A stretch of 51,850 nucleotides of DNA, counting the filler, from Bipalium vagum (taxonomy: Eukaryota): assembly GCA_037834085.1 (NCBI GenBank). It is 3 parts of 3 records of this genome, joined end to end, with 100 filler letters (N's around TTAATTAATTAA, not from the genome) between each part and the next. Parts side by side here need not be neighbours in the genome. Positions count along the whole stretch, not along the records: positions 1 to 18,622 come from JBBMKC010024096.1; 2 more parts are not named here. One strand, written 5' to 3'. Of this stretch, positions 1 to 13,608 are shown one piece after another. A model generated the notes under the pieces. It had not been told where the DNA came from. It made no database searches and saw nothing but the letters and a program-made list of their open reading frames with translations. Made by a program: the position numbers and the translations under genes. The first letter of the stretch is position 1; each line of letters begins with the position of its first letter.

Positions 1-28
1 GTTATTATTATTATACTTACTATTATTC

Positions 29-63
<35 letters not shown>

Positions 64-135
64 GTTATTATTATTGTTATTATTATTATTATTATTTATA
101 AATTAATTTATTATTATATAAATTAATAATTATTG
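1..135. repeat. (ATT)n microsatellite inside a COE intron
   Basis: Imperfect ATT/GTT trinucleotide run seen directly. Confidence 0.9.
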
Positions 136-161
136 TTTAAAAAATTTATTTTTCACTTTAC

Positions 162-1646
<1,485 letters not shown>

Positions 1647-1879
1647 ATATTACATCTCAAAACAAATTAGTTTACCATATTATGAGATAAGCCTCTTAAT
1701 TGATCCAGGGCTGATAGTGTCAGACTTTAATTTGAAAAAAATATTGATTAAAATTGAGATTTTTATTTGTTTATTTTTCTTTTTTATTGTTATTTTCTTC
1801 AATTCTTTTATTATTTTTATTAATATTAGCGGCTTCAGATGCTTTGGGATTTCTATTTTGGATTGTAGATCTAATCAAG

Positions 1880-2300
1880 CGGTAATTCCACAGAGGAACC
1901 TGGTCTCCAGAGTACCAGAGGTGGCTGCGTTTTTCACTTAAATAGGCCGGCACACACACACGAACAGGGACATTGATCTGTTACGATGCTTTTTGCTTCA
2001 TTGGTTAGAGCCCGTTCGAATTCTCTCGTTCTATTCCCACTGCCCGCATTTCCCTAAACGGTGTGGTTGCATGCGACCCAATCTCGCGGGAATAATAATG
2101 GATACTCACCATCTTGAATTATTAACGAGCCAATCAAATAACTATTTGAAATACATACACTGACACACAAACGAGTCATGTTTTTTGTTGAACAAAAGCG
2201 ACCAATCAATTCTATTTAATTTCATTTAAAATTTTTCTTTAATAATATTTTAAATTTTACATTCCTCTTATATATTATAATATCGGCCAATCAAATGTCA
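1880..2300 (-). promoter_or_regulatory. Putative proximal promoter/5' regulatory region of coe
   Basis: Local GC-enriched island directly upstream of the coe start. It has several CCAAT boxes (about 2000, 2078, 2130, 2202, 2287), an imperfect palindrome GGTTGCATGCGACC (2065-2078) and a COE-site-like AATCTCGCGGGAAT (2080-2093). Confidence 0.55.
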
Positions 2301-2868
2301 TGTAATATTAATTTATTTTTCAATCAAACAGTTATTGAGACAATAAATGTTAATAAATTATATTTTCGGTATTTTTAATTGATAATTACAGCACATGAGA
2401 TATTTTAAAATATTAATCATGATTTTTATAATAATGTCAAACTTTATTTAAATTTTAATTCGAGCGTAAGTGGTAAAGCAGAGGTAAAATCTTAAATGAT
2501 AATTTTATACATAATTATTAATTTTAAAAATATTATTATTATTTTATTTATAAATCTTACAATGTCACAAGAAATTAAGATGGTTACTTAATATTCAATT
2601 CATTGTTACTATTTTGAAGCAATTTTCTACTGTTACCAAGAATATTTTTTACACATTACTCTGCCCTATTCCATTAATTTGTCAATATAATTCATAGACA
2701 ATCTCCACGAACAATGTTATTATCTCATTAATAAGAATATTAATAAAATTTTTATAATTAAAATAGTTTTATTGGTTTTTTATATTAAGGGAATGTAATT
2801 TTTTAAAAAACAATTTTTCATCATAAAAAGAATTCTGAAAAAAGGAATTTAAAATTTTTGATAAAATA

Positions 2869-3420
2869 TATTAGGTGTTATCATAAGGTTCTTCGCGTTT
2901 TGATAATCTATTTTTCTGTTATCAAAATAAATAAGTTTAATAACAATTCTCTAAAGATCGATATCATTGATATTTTACTGTCAAAATATATTTTAAGTAT
3001 TGTTTAAATAAACAAATCAATGCGTTTATTTGAATTTAAAATGAATACAAAAAATTACAATTCGAGGTTTGAACCGTCATTATTAAAAGAGGATTTACTA
3101 TTGCTACCACAGCAATGAATATTTATGATATTGAAGGAGAAGTTGCCGTTGCCTTCACCACAGTTTCAGATTGATTTAAAATTATTTCAAAGCGGAGATA
3201 ATAGTTACAAAGATAAACCGTATCAAGAAAAATTTTCATTGATAGATTAATTAATTAATTGATCCCTCACACGCCAATTACACCAGATTTATCTACGATA
3301 ATTGAGCCATTGAAAGACACCATTAATCATTACCTGAAAAAATTGATACAACTATAAGCGACCATGATTAGATCTGCCATGAATTATAGGAACTTTGGAC
3401 TGAAAGACGCTTGGACAGTC
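2869..3420 (+). mobile_element. Degenerate mariner, 5' portion
   Basis: TA followed by TIR-like TTAGGTGTTATCATAAG, then a frameshifted mariner HTH-like peptide (..ATTAMNIYDIEGEVAVAFTTVSD*FK..SGDNS..). Confidence 0.6.
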
Positions 3421-4352
3421 CGGCGATTATGAAGGATGACAAACATCCCAGCCCAAGGGTCAATAAATTGTTCCTGATTCCAAATATGTGAGATCTGGTA
3501 TTGTCATGTTGTAGAAAACACCTTTCAAATTTACCAATATTAGATGCTTTTCGTGGATTGTATTGTTACCTTTGTCAGTTGGGAACAGTAAATATATGAA
3601 TTAATCGTTTGGCAGGATGATAACACCTTGTAATAAATTATAACTTTAAATTCCATCAAACAGAAAGTCTGACCTTCTTTGGGTACATTTCTGCCTTTAG
3701 TGGCTCACCTCACGAGCTTTGTGGACCACATTGTAATTGACAACCAACTTTTCATAACTGGTAACCAATTGCTTCAAGAATGCACGTTTTTCTTACAATT
3801 TCAGCAATGAATCACATATTGATATATTTGCTAATAAAATTACTTCCGTTAATGTCTGCGGTATTGAGTCACGAAACAAGTCCCATATTACGCAGAGTAT
3901 TTCCTACCGTTGTATGTGCTAACTTTAGTATCGTTGCGATTTCCAGAATCGTGTTCTTTGGATTCTTTTCGATAATGGACTCAGTAGCATTTGGATTTAT
4001 GTGATATGTTCGTTCATTTAAAATTCTCCACGACTGAAGTTGATGAACCATTTTTGGCATACCGTATTGATAAAATATCATCTCCAAATACTTAACATAT
4101 TTTCCTTTGTGCATCCGAGGCTCTCTTACCTTTTTAAAGCTAATATACTATTATAAATAATATAATACTTATCTTTCTCAAAATAAAACAACAAAATATG
4201 ACGAAAATGCAGTTTTTTATGTTGCATAGTGATATTTTAATTATCGCGTAAGACTATTATATTATTTAAACAACATCTGAATGATTAATTTATGAAAATT
4301 TGATTTGCAAAATCCAATTTTAAAAAGCGCATGGACTTTATTGCCAACCCAA
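3421..4352 (-). mobile_element. Degenerate mariner (DD34D) remnant
   Basis: TIR TTGGGTTGGCAATAAAGTCC at the right end (minus strand). ORF 3869-4114 is mariner HTH-like. Degenerate TSYEK (TGDEK) and VFLQHDNTRSH (HDNARPH) motifs follow. Confidence 0.8.
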
Positions 4353-4899
4353 AAATTTGTAAAATGGTTTAAGAAGAAAATAAAGGATACCTCAGTTTGA
4401 TAATAATAATAGAATCTTCAAAATAACTTTTCAGGAAATTCTAAACAATGTTTTTCAATAATAACAGTTCAAAATGTTCGCGATAACTTTGTGAAATAAT
4501 ATAGTACAGAAGTCTTATATATTCAAAATAAATAAGCTTTTGTCTATCAATATATGAATTCAGTTCTTTTCTTTTAAGTTGTTCAAATAAGTTTCCACTT
4601 TTCGTAATTATAAACTCAACTTGACTTCGAAATCTTAGGCACTTTTTAATAGAACTCCGTTATCTAATGACATCATAACATTTTAATTTTAACCTGTAGA
4701 GGGTCTATATTGATACGTTTTTGCTTATTTACATCTCTTTCACAAACCCTCCATATAATCAATAAACTATTATTATTATTCCGCTTTTTATTTTGTTCTT
4801 TGAGATTTTTAAATTACTTAATATCTGGTTAATTGTGCTTTAATTGACTGTAAATTTACCAAATTTCAAAATCGTATCAAACAAATCGCTATTTCTGCT

Positions 4900-5300
4900 G
4901 TTTTTAGCTGATGACACACTTAAGGTCGCACACATACAAATTCAACATGCAGCGATGCGTTCTACTATATTTTTATTTCTTTCACTTGCAGTTTTCCAAA
5001 TCGTTTCTATTTGTTGAGTATTGGCTACAGTTAATAGGCTAACAAAACTGACAGAATGATTAACAGTTTCATGTATAAATCCAGTACCAGGAATTGTCAC
5101 AATACAGATATGTTCAACATTGTGCAAAAATTACTTTAGTTCCAGATCATATTGGATCAGTAATAATTGGAATCAGTTGCCGCTTTTCTTTTAGATATAT
5201 TAAACAAAAAACATTCATTTCACTCCCTACAAATACCGCCGAAAACCCAATGCTGTGGTAATTCGATTAAGAATAGATCTACGATGTGATTATTTCTACA
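4900..5300 (-). mobile_element. Merlin / ISXO2 (IS1595-like DDE) transposase remnant
   Basis: QHWVFGGICRE..ECF, LIPII, and GFIHETVNHSVSFVSLLTVANTQQIETIW match the Merlin motifs WVFGG and H.TVNHS..FV....AHTQ.IE..W. Confidence 0.75.
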
Positions 5301-5719
5301 GTGTTACGGATCGTGAAATATCCAACGTTCTTATTAGAATCATGTACTATTCAGTTCTTTTGTCTCTTACCAATGCAGATAAATTATAATGACAAAAAAT
5401 TCACTTATTAAAAGCAGAGTTTTGATAAATTTTCGGCGATATAAAGGGGATAACAACATTTTATTTTCAAGTAAAGCTTCTAATAGCACGACAATAACTG
5501 ACAATAATAGACTAATCACAAATAATTTCTTTAAGAACATACTGTTTTCAGAAATTGTCCATCATCTCTAATGTATTTTTTTGTTAATTCTTAATGACTC
5601 AAATAAAATTGTTTTAAATTATTGATTTTTTGGTGATTTTTTGAAATATGTTTACGATTAAAGATTTCTAAATGAATGTGGTATTACATTACAAAAAATG
5701 ATATATAACATTGACAAAA

Positions 5720-6040
5720 TGTGGCCTGAGGACCATATTACCAACTGTGTTCTTTATTAATTTGTTATAAGGAAACAGCATTCCGAATCACTAAACATTA
5801 CATTAAATTTTTCTCGATATTCTTGGTTTGAAGAAAGGATAGGTATGGTATTTCTTTTTCAAAGTTGGAAACTTTGATTTGTCAATAATCTATATCGGAA
5901 CAGAGAATACTCTATAGACATCATTTTGATGAAGAATTATGAATTTTCGTTGGAAGGCAAAACTAATTCACCGAAGTTTCTTAAATATGGACAAAATGAT
6001 CAAAACAGGAGCTGGGAAGCGGAATTTAATGAGAAGCGAA
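5720..6040 (+). mobile_element. Heavily decayed mariner N-terminal fragment
   Basis: DHITNCVLY, GNFDL and HFDEEL resemble the mariner segments EHIRHCLLY..SGDFSL..FDEERL. Confidence 0.45.
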
Positions 6041-8260
6041 AAATTGTTAAAATATTGCATTAACCAAGCTGTTTTTCTGAGTTTTTCATTTTTTCACGGA
6101 TAAGTTCAACAAGAGTCCTCGGTGTAATAATTCACAAATCGATAAAATGTATTATTCTTCGACGTCACAACAAATGGACACAATCATGTCAATAAGTTTA
6201 CAAACTGTCAATCACTGTAAATAATCAACAATTTTTCGAATTTTATTCCCTCCAGTTTAGCTCTGAAAAATATAACGCCAATAAGCCTATCTGCTACACG
6301 TTTGATGTAGTATTAATAATCGATATGATGAAAAAATAATCAAATAAAATAATATTTTTATCAAATAATATAAGCAACGAATTTTAATTAGACAATGAAA
6401 GAACTGTAATGACGATACGAAAAAAAATATTATTGATAACAAGGTACTGTTAACTAATCAAAATGAAAATGAAGATAATTAATGGTCGTCATCAATTAAG
6501 AAAATGACCAGGTTCCTGAGTCAACAACGAATTCCTTAATATGTATTTCGTTGTTTGCTGAGATCGGTGAAACACAGACCTCCTTTCAACAAGAATACTT
6601 GAAGTCTCCAAAATTTGATAAATGAAATTTCTTTGAACAACAAAATTTCCAATCCCTTTCTGTTAAAATAACAATTTTCAAACAGCTGTCTTCTATTCAC
6701 TTTTCTGATTTGCGAACTCATTTGTGATTCACACCAGCCGATCAGAGAACACAGAGCTGACATTACTTTCGATTTGCTTTCTTATATATACTAGAAGCAT
6801 ACAGAGGTATTTGTCCAATCATAAGCAGCAACTGGAGTTTCTGAAATAACAACAAAATCATTAGTTTAGGCAGTAGTAATTGCTTATTTCCCATTGATTC
6901 TTATCAAGAAAATCATTTTCTCTGGCTAAGGAAGTTGGGCAATTTTCTTTAAAAATAAGGTTTTCTCTCTGCATGATGAGACTAAGTAATAATAATAAGA
7001 ATAGATTTGTTATTATTACTATTATTTTCTTTTGTAATATTTATTTATTTTATTATTCATTTTTATATGGATGGACAACCCAACATAATCATGAATCATG
7101 AATCATAAGGTTTTGGGTGATGGTTCAATTTCATTGCTCATTATAATATGTCACCTATAATTCGTGGAGATCGAACTACAAGAAAATAAAAATACTCAGA
7201 ATTTCTTAGAAGACGTGTTTTCGCAAGGATTTTTTAATGGAAATATAAAAATAGCACAATTTTTTATTTTTCTTTAAAAAAAATTCCCTTTTTGGTTAAC
7301 ATTTTAAATTTTACAAAAGTAAATTAATGTTTCTTATATTTTTGTAGGGTTTTTAAGTTTTCAAATTAACGAAAATTTTTCCCATTAAAAGATAATAAAG
7401 ACGAAAAATAGTTCTCAAAGCTCAATTAGCATATCCATATGTTCGAGAATTATTTTCAGTTTGCTCTTCATTTTTTCTAGCCCGAATTTCATTTATTAAT
7501 ATCACATGAATCAATTTTTGTTTTAATACGAATCCATATGTCCGTACATTTTAAAACGTAATTAAAAATCACGAACTTAAAAATTTAGTTAAAAAAATCT
7601 TCAGAAACGATTTTCATACTTTTCATTTAATTATTAATATAAATATAATAATTATTAATTATATTTAATTATTAAATTCAAAAAAATGTTAAATTTATAA
7701 ATAAAATATATTAGTTGTGTGCTTAAATCATGTCAATTTTAAATAAACAACATTTTTTGATTAAATTAACTTTTTAAAGTTTATTGTTTATTTTCTAATA
7801 GTAGTTTATAAACTAGATATATATATTGATATATAATTAATTAATAATCAAATTAAATCATAATAAAATTGATTATTGTAAAAAGATATTAATTAATAAT
7901 TAAATAAGTTGATTTATGTTAAAAGTTGAAGTTTTCTCAAGATATATCAATAAAATAATTGTCGAATTTATTATTTTACTCAAAAATTTATAATCCTTAA
8001 AAATAATTTTAGAAAATTTCTCAAAGAACAAATAATTTAATATATTAATAATAATATAAATAATATATAAATAATATAAGATTCTGATTTCGATGAGAAT
8101 ATTGTTGAATTTTTAAATTAGTAACATTTTAAAATTTTTATTTTAAAATTTATTTCGTGTATAACTCGCAATAATTACTTATTAAAAAATCATCTTTTTT
8201 TCTTATATAACCCTCGGATTATTTACGGAAATTTAGGGTAAATAAATCGAAATATTAACA

Positions 8261-8428
8261 NNNNNNNNNNNNNNNNNNNNNNNNNNNNNNNNNNNNNNNN
8301 NNNNNNNNNNNNNNNNNNNNNNNNNNNNNNNNNNNNNNNNNNNNNNNNNNNNNNNNNNNNNNNNNNNNNNNNNNNNNNNNNNNNNNNNNNNNNNNNNNNN
8401 NNNNNNNNNNNNNNNNNNNNNNNNNNNN
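8261..8428. other. Assembly gap (N run)
   Basis: Run of N. Confidence 0.99.
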
Positions 8429-9079
8429 TAATTTTACATTTTCGGCACTTGCCTGTTTTCTAAGAAATTATACTATCCAACAAATATTTAATTCATTTTA
8501 TAAGACTTCTGTAAATATTGATTTTAAAAATAATTAAGGAATTTAATAATCCAAAAAGTTTGTTTAAATAAACAGTCATTTTTTTGAGAATTTTCAATAT
8601 AATCAATTCATAATTTCATTATTCCTTCCATTTCAAGATATATTAAAAAACGATTTAAAGATTAAATTAAAAAATTATTGGAAATTATTTTTTAATTATT
8701 GAACACCATTATTTTTAATTAAGTTCCCATTTTTTTGTTAAAGTGAGAGTTTTTGCAACTGATGTTCCCAACAAAAATTTATTAGATCTCTAAGTTCTAT
8801 ATAGAATTGTTTAACATATTTGACGTAAGGTGTACTACTTCACATAATTTTTTAAGAATAGAATCTCACTTTTCGAAGACCTATTATAAATAATAGAAAG
8901 TTAAACATTTAAGTTTTCCCTCTCATACATTTTTTTCCTTGTAATAATATAAACTTTTGATTCAGAATCTGATTCAGCAAGAAACTTCAATCTATTAAAA
9001 ACGTTTCTTCCTTCCTCCTATATAAGATTTGTCTCTGAAACAGGAAATTTTTATTAAATTATTTAGATAGAAAATTAAT

Positions 9080-9640
9080 GAAATTATTAACGTACATAGT
9101 TCTTTTCAAAATTATGTTGCCATAGATAATAATCAAGGGGATTGTGGTTAGGATTGAAAGAAGGCCATAAATCTGGTGACCAATGGTGGTTTTTCATAAA
9201 CCAATGTCTGAGTGTTTTTTGTTTTATAACCCTAGAAGAGTCATATTGGAATACATCGAATTGATTCAAAGTTTCACAAGAGTTTCCAATATGTTGATAT
9301 ATCTCTGCGTGGACAACAGGGCCTTTCTCCAAAAAGTGAAGCACGTGTTATCATCTTCGCATAATTTAACAGTCAACACTATAACCAATATTGAAAACTT
9401 AGAATTCATGATCAAAAAGAATATAAACAGATCCAGTGATTATTCTGATAATTGACTTTTCTGTCTTGGGCAAAGTATTGCTCATCAATGAAAAACTTTA
9501 AAAACTCGGTACCACCATTTTTCATGTCATTAAGTAAAGCATGGGCCTTAAAGCTTACTGGTAAATTTTTCCTATTCTCTCAAGAGATGTCTTCATCAGA
9601 ACACACCAGACTTTTAGCATCATTACAAAATGCCATATTA
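9080..9640 (-). mobile_element. Tc1-mariner superfamily (maT/DD37D-like) transposase remnant
   Basis: FFIDEQYF..DRKVNYQNN, VFQYD, and WSPDLWPSFNPNHNPLDYYLW resemble FSDEK..N.QN, FQQD and WPPSSPDLNPLDY.VW. Confidence 0.75.
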
Positions 9641-11243
9641 TTTATTTCTTTTAGCTTTACTATGTTAAAGATTGTAAAAAATTTGAAAAATTCAACACAC
9701 AACCTCCTATATATCAAGAAGAATATAATAAAAATAAATTCTCTACAGTTAAGACTGTTTAAGAAAGAGCAAAAAATGCAATAATTGACGCAGAAAATTA
9801 AAACAAAATGGTGTTTATTTTCAATATTATACTATTTTAAAAAATAATTAAAAAAAAACATTAGAAAATTTAAATCAATTGATGAGCACAAGACCTCTTA
9901 AAATGATCATAAATCAAACTGACAATTATCAGAAATAAATGATATTTGAGCTGTGGTAAACCATTTCTGGACTAAAAGCCAAACAATTTCTTGTTCAAAG
10001 CTCTGAGTCTAATGAACATTAATAAATTATCTTTTTGATCTCTTTTCATTACGAAAACAATGAGAAAATATGGATATATTGTATACGTGAAATACGTCGC
10101 AGCCGAAAAGAGCGCCAATTATTAACAGTATTATTTACCCTGGCTTTAGAAATCCACTGATGAAATAACTGAAGAAAACTGAATATATGATATATATATA
10201 TATTTATTTATTTATTTATAAAATAAGAAGAAATCTTGAAAATATATTTATATCTATCAATCCCCGATTGTCTGTCATTCTTATGCAGAGAAAAAGCGAA
10301 AAACAATCCGTTGTTTAAAACAAAAATTAATATTTCGTTTTTTTATTTATTTTTTCCTGATATCCAATGCTTAAAATAATTATAAAACGATAAAATATTA
10401 ACGTTCGATAATTTTGTTCCTAAATTCGTTGGAAAGACTGTCATTTTTATTTAATTTGAGAATATTTTATTTAATTAATACAATTCCAAAGGCACTTTAG
10501 ACATTTTCTTATTATTGAATTAAATTTATAAATACTTATTTTTCGTTTTAATCAATTAAGGTTGATTTCTTTTCTTTCATATAAACCTTTAGAATTATTG
10601 AAATTTCCTTTATAAATTATAATTATTAATTAATAATCATAATTGTTATTAATATTAGAGACTTACGCAGACTTATAAATCCGGAATGTCTAATATCGTA
10701 GACAAAATTTTGCACCTGGTTACAATGGTACCATTATAAGTGAAATGGTCATTATTTCAATTGGGTTTTTAAAAAAAATATTCAGATAATGTTATAAAAT
10801 AATTAAACTATTATAACTAATATAATTAATATAATTAATACATATATATATTGCATAATAATGATACTAATTTCATTAATATTACCACTTGTACTAAGCT
10901 TCGGTTTGTGTACTTTAATATTTGATGGAGGAGCATTAGTTAATTTATAATATTATATCCGATTCCAAATTAAAGTAAGTAATATTAATATCTCAATCTC
11001 ACAATCCGGTGCAATTATTTATTTGGTTTTCCTAATTTTGATAAATTAATGATTTTATTTTTTTAATAAAAATTAATTAATTATCAACGAATTATTTTAC
11101 AATTGGAAATTATATTTTATAATTTAATGGTTAATAATAAAAATATTTCCAATGAATTCCTCCACAATAATAATAAAATATTAATAAATGACTTTGTTTT
11201 AATAAGTATTTTAAGTATCAATAAAAATTGTGTTACATGATAG

Positions 11244-12012
11244 TACGATGGTGAATCAAAAAGTAAAAATAAAAGCATTATATTATTTTATTTTCAAAGA
11301 TTATAACATATCATATATGTAACATATGATATACAGACAAAATGCAATCATGTTTCGTCACCAGTGATTATTCTCCTCAGAAATGTTTCATCATTCTTGT
11401 ATCGTTCCAAATGTTGCATACAGAGTCGTTTGCGGCTTAGTTTTTGATCTTCAGACAATTGTTTCAGTACCAATCTGGGACAAAGGTTATTGTATCCCAG
11501 CTCGTTGTGAATCATTGAATAGTGTGATCCATAACTGACATCAAGTTCAGAAAAAATTTCAGTAACTGTAAGTCACCTGTTTTTTCTGACCGTTTCTTCA
11601 ACGTGTTCAATGTTGTCAACTCTTTTCGATGTTTCAGCTCTTCCGGACTGATCTCCATTCTTCAGGCTTGTTCGTTCATTTATGAATTTGTTTACCCACT
11701 TATTTACATTTTGTCGGTTAAAACAATTTACTCCATATTGGTAAGCACTCTTCGGTGAATATCAGCTGCAGAAACACCTTCTACATCCTAAAAACGAATA
11801 GCACCTCTTTGTTCTTCTTTGGTGCAATTTTTTAAAACAGACTCCATGTTTTTTTATCTAAAATTGATATAAAAATATTCATTTAATCAATATTTCTACG
11901 ATCAATATGTCGTATTTGATTATAGAAAAAAAATTTAAAAATATTATTTACTACTTATTTATGAAAAAAAAATTAAACGCTTTGTATCTTTACTTTTTGA
12001 TTCACCCACGTA
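11244..12012 (-). mobile_element. Internally deleted mariner (irritans-like) with both TIRs and TA flanks
   Basis: Left end TACGATGGTGAATCAAAAAGTAAA; right end reverse complement TACGTGGGTGAATCAAAAAGTAAA. The transposase starts at ATG 11847 (MESVLKNCTKEEQRGAIRF*..SAADIHRR) and runs to ITGDET*, then is deleted. Confidence 0.88.
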
Positions 12013-12829
12013 AATACCTATCACCACCAGGTCGTCGATTACATGATCCGATAAATAAAAAATTTCTTAAAGGATCTAGATACATTTTTGTGATGTATTC
12101 CTAGCTTTCTTCTAATATCTCTGTCACTGTAACCTTCTTCTTTAAGTGTAATAATTTTTCCATACATATCATCAGTAATATCTTTCTTTTTTCATATGAC
12201 AGTTACAAAATAGATACAAAAAACCCTTTAATGAAATTTCAAATGTTTTTGAAACAGCGCAATTATATTAATTGATATTTTACATACTTAAACAAAATAC
12301 ATGAATTAAAAATTGTCAATAAATATTTTAAAATATCTTCACATGATAGAGAATCAATTCATAATTGTGTATCAGAGGTGCTAATTTTTCCGGACTATAA
12401 GAAGCAGTTTTCGAGGACACACCCTGAAATTAAGAGAGACTTAATGTTTTAATGAAAATCAGAGAGCTCTAATTTTGTGTTTGTGTTATTGTGAAATTGT
12501 TCTTTATTATTTGATTATTAATTTACTTTTTCAGCTCATAAAGCTGAAAATGCTGTTGAAGGAAATGTTTTAATACAATACAATTAATGAATAATATTAT
12601 ACCTCTAATTGGATTTTTGGGTATTATATATTATTAGAAAATACACCAGGAAATGTAAAGTGGTTTACAACTTGTTTCAAATAGTGAAAATAAAATTCGT
12701 AAAAATAATGAAAAATTAAAATTATTTTATTTGCATTTTAATTATATATTTTTATGTATATGCATAATATTTAAAAGAAATTGGACAATTACATTTTAAA
12801 AATTAAATATATAATTTATAATATATAAT

Positions 12830-13193
12830 CATAGACATAATATATAATCATACTCGTTTAAAACAAAAATAATCAACTAATTCCCAACTGAATTTATTAA
12901 TCTAAGTGAGTTCAAATAAAAATGTAAGTAATATTATCTTAAAATGGTTCAATTTGCATTCCTGGACATCTACGCATTTCTGTTATCTTGGCAATACAGA
13001 TCTGCAAACCTTCTGACAAACGTCTACTGAAATCAAACTGATTTCTTCATAATGTTTACCAGTCATTTATAATATACTTATACTTTATCAATGATTTATC
13101 TGCAATAATATATAAAAACCATTCATGTTCATTGACTAATTGATTAATTTTTATTTGTTTAAGCGTGCATAAATATGTATGAAGCACCCTGTA
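12830..13193 (-). mobile_element. Tc1-like non-autonomous remnant
   Basis: Terminus TACAGGGTG on the minus strand. Internal EEISLISVDVCQKVCRSVLPR*QKCVD resembles the C-terminal tail of Tc1-like transposases. Confidence 0.5.
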
Positions 13194-13608
13194 TTAATTA
13201 AGTTAATGTTAATTAAATTTCATATTAAATTTATTATTTTTTAATGTCTAACTTTATTAACCAATGTAATGATAGATCTATGATTATAGATCGCAGAAAA
13301 TAATATCTGTTATAATATTTGATATTAAGCAAAAAAAAGATCACTACTGAAGACAGCAAATCGAAAACAAATACAGTGACATCGGAGTTTTCTGAACACT
13401 TGTTTAAATCGAACAATTTTTCACGTACACAGCTTCTGCACTCTAAGTTCACCTTTGTTGATTGATCATTGGTCACTTGAATAATTTTTGTGTAATTAGA
13501 TTACCCGTTAATTTGGACAGTCAATTTAAAGAATTTATTTCAATATTGAATTGTTTAGTTTTAAACTTTTATTACAGCAATACTTTAATTTTAATATTTT
13601 AGCTAAAA

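Noticed and set aside
9183-9784. Plus-strand ORFs of 90 and 110 aa
   Set aside because: Antisense shadows of the minus-strand Tc1/maT transposase remnant.
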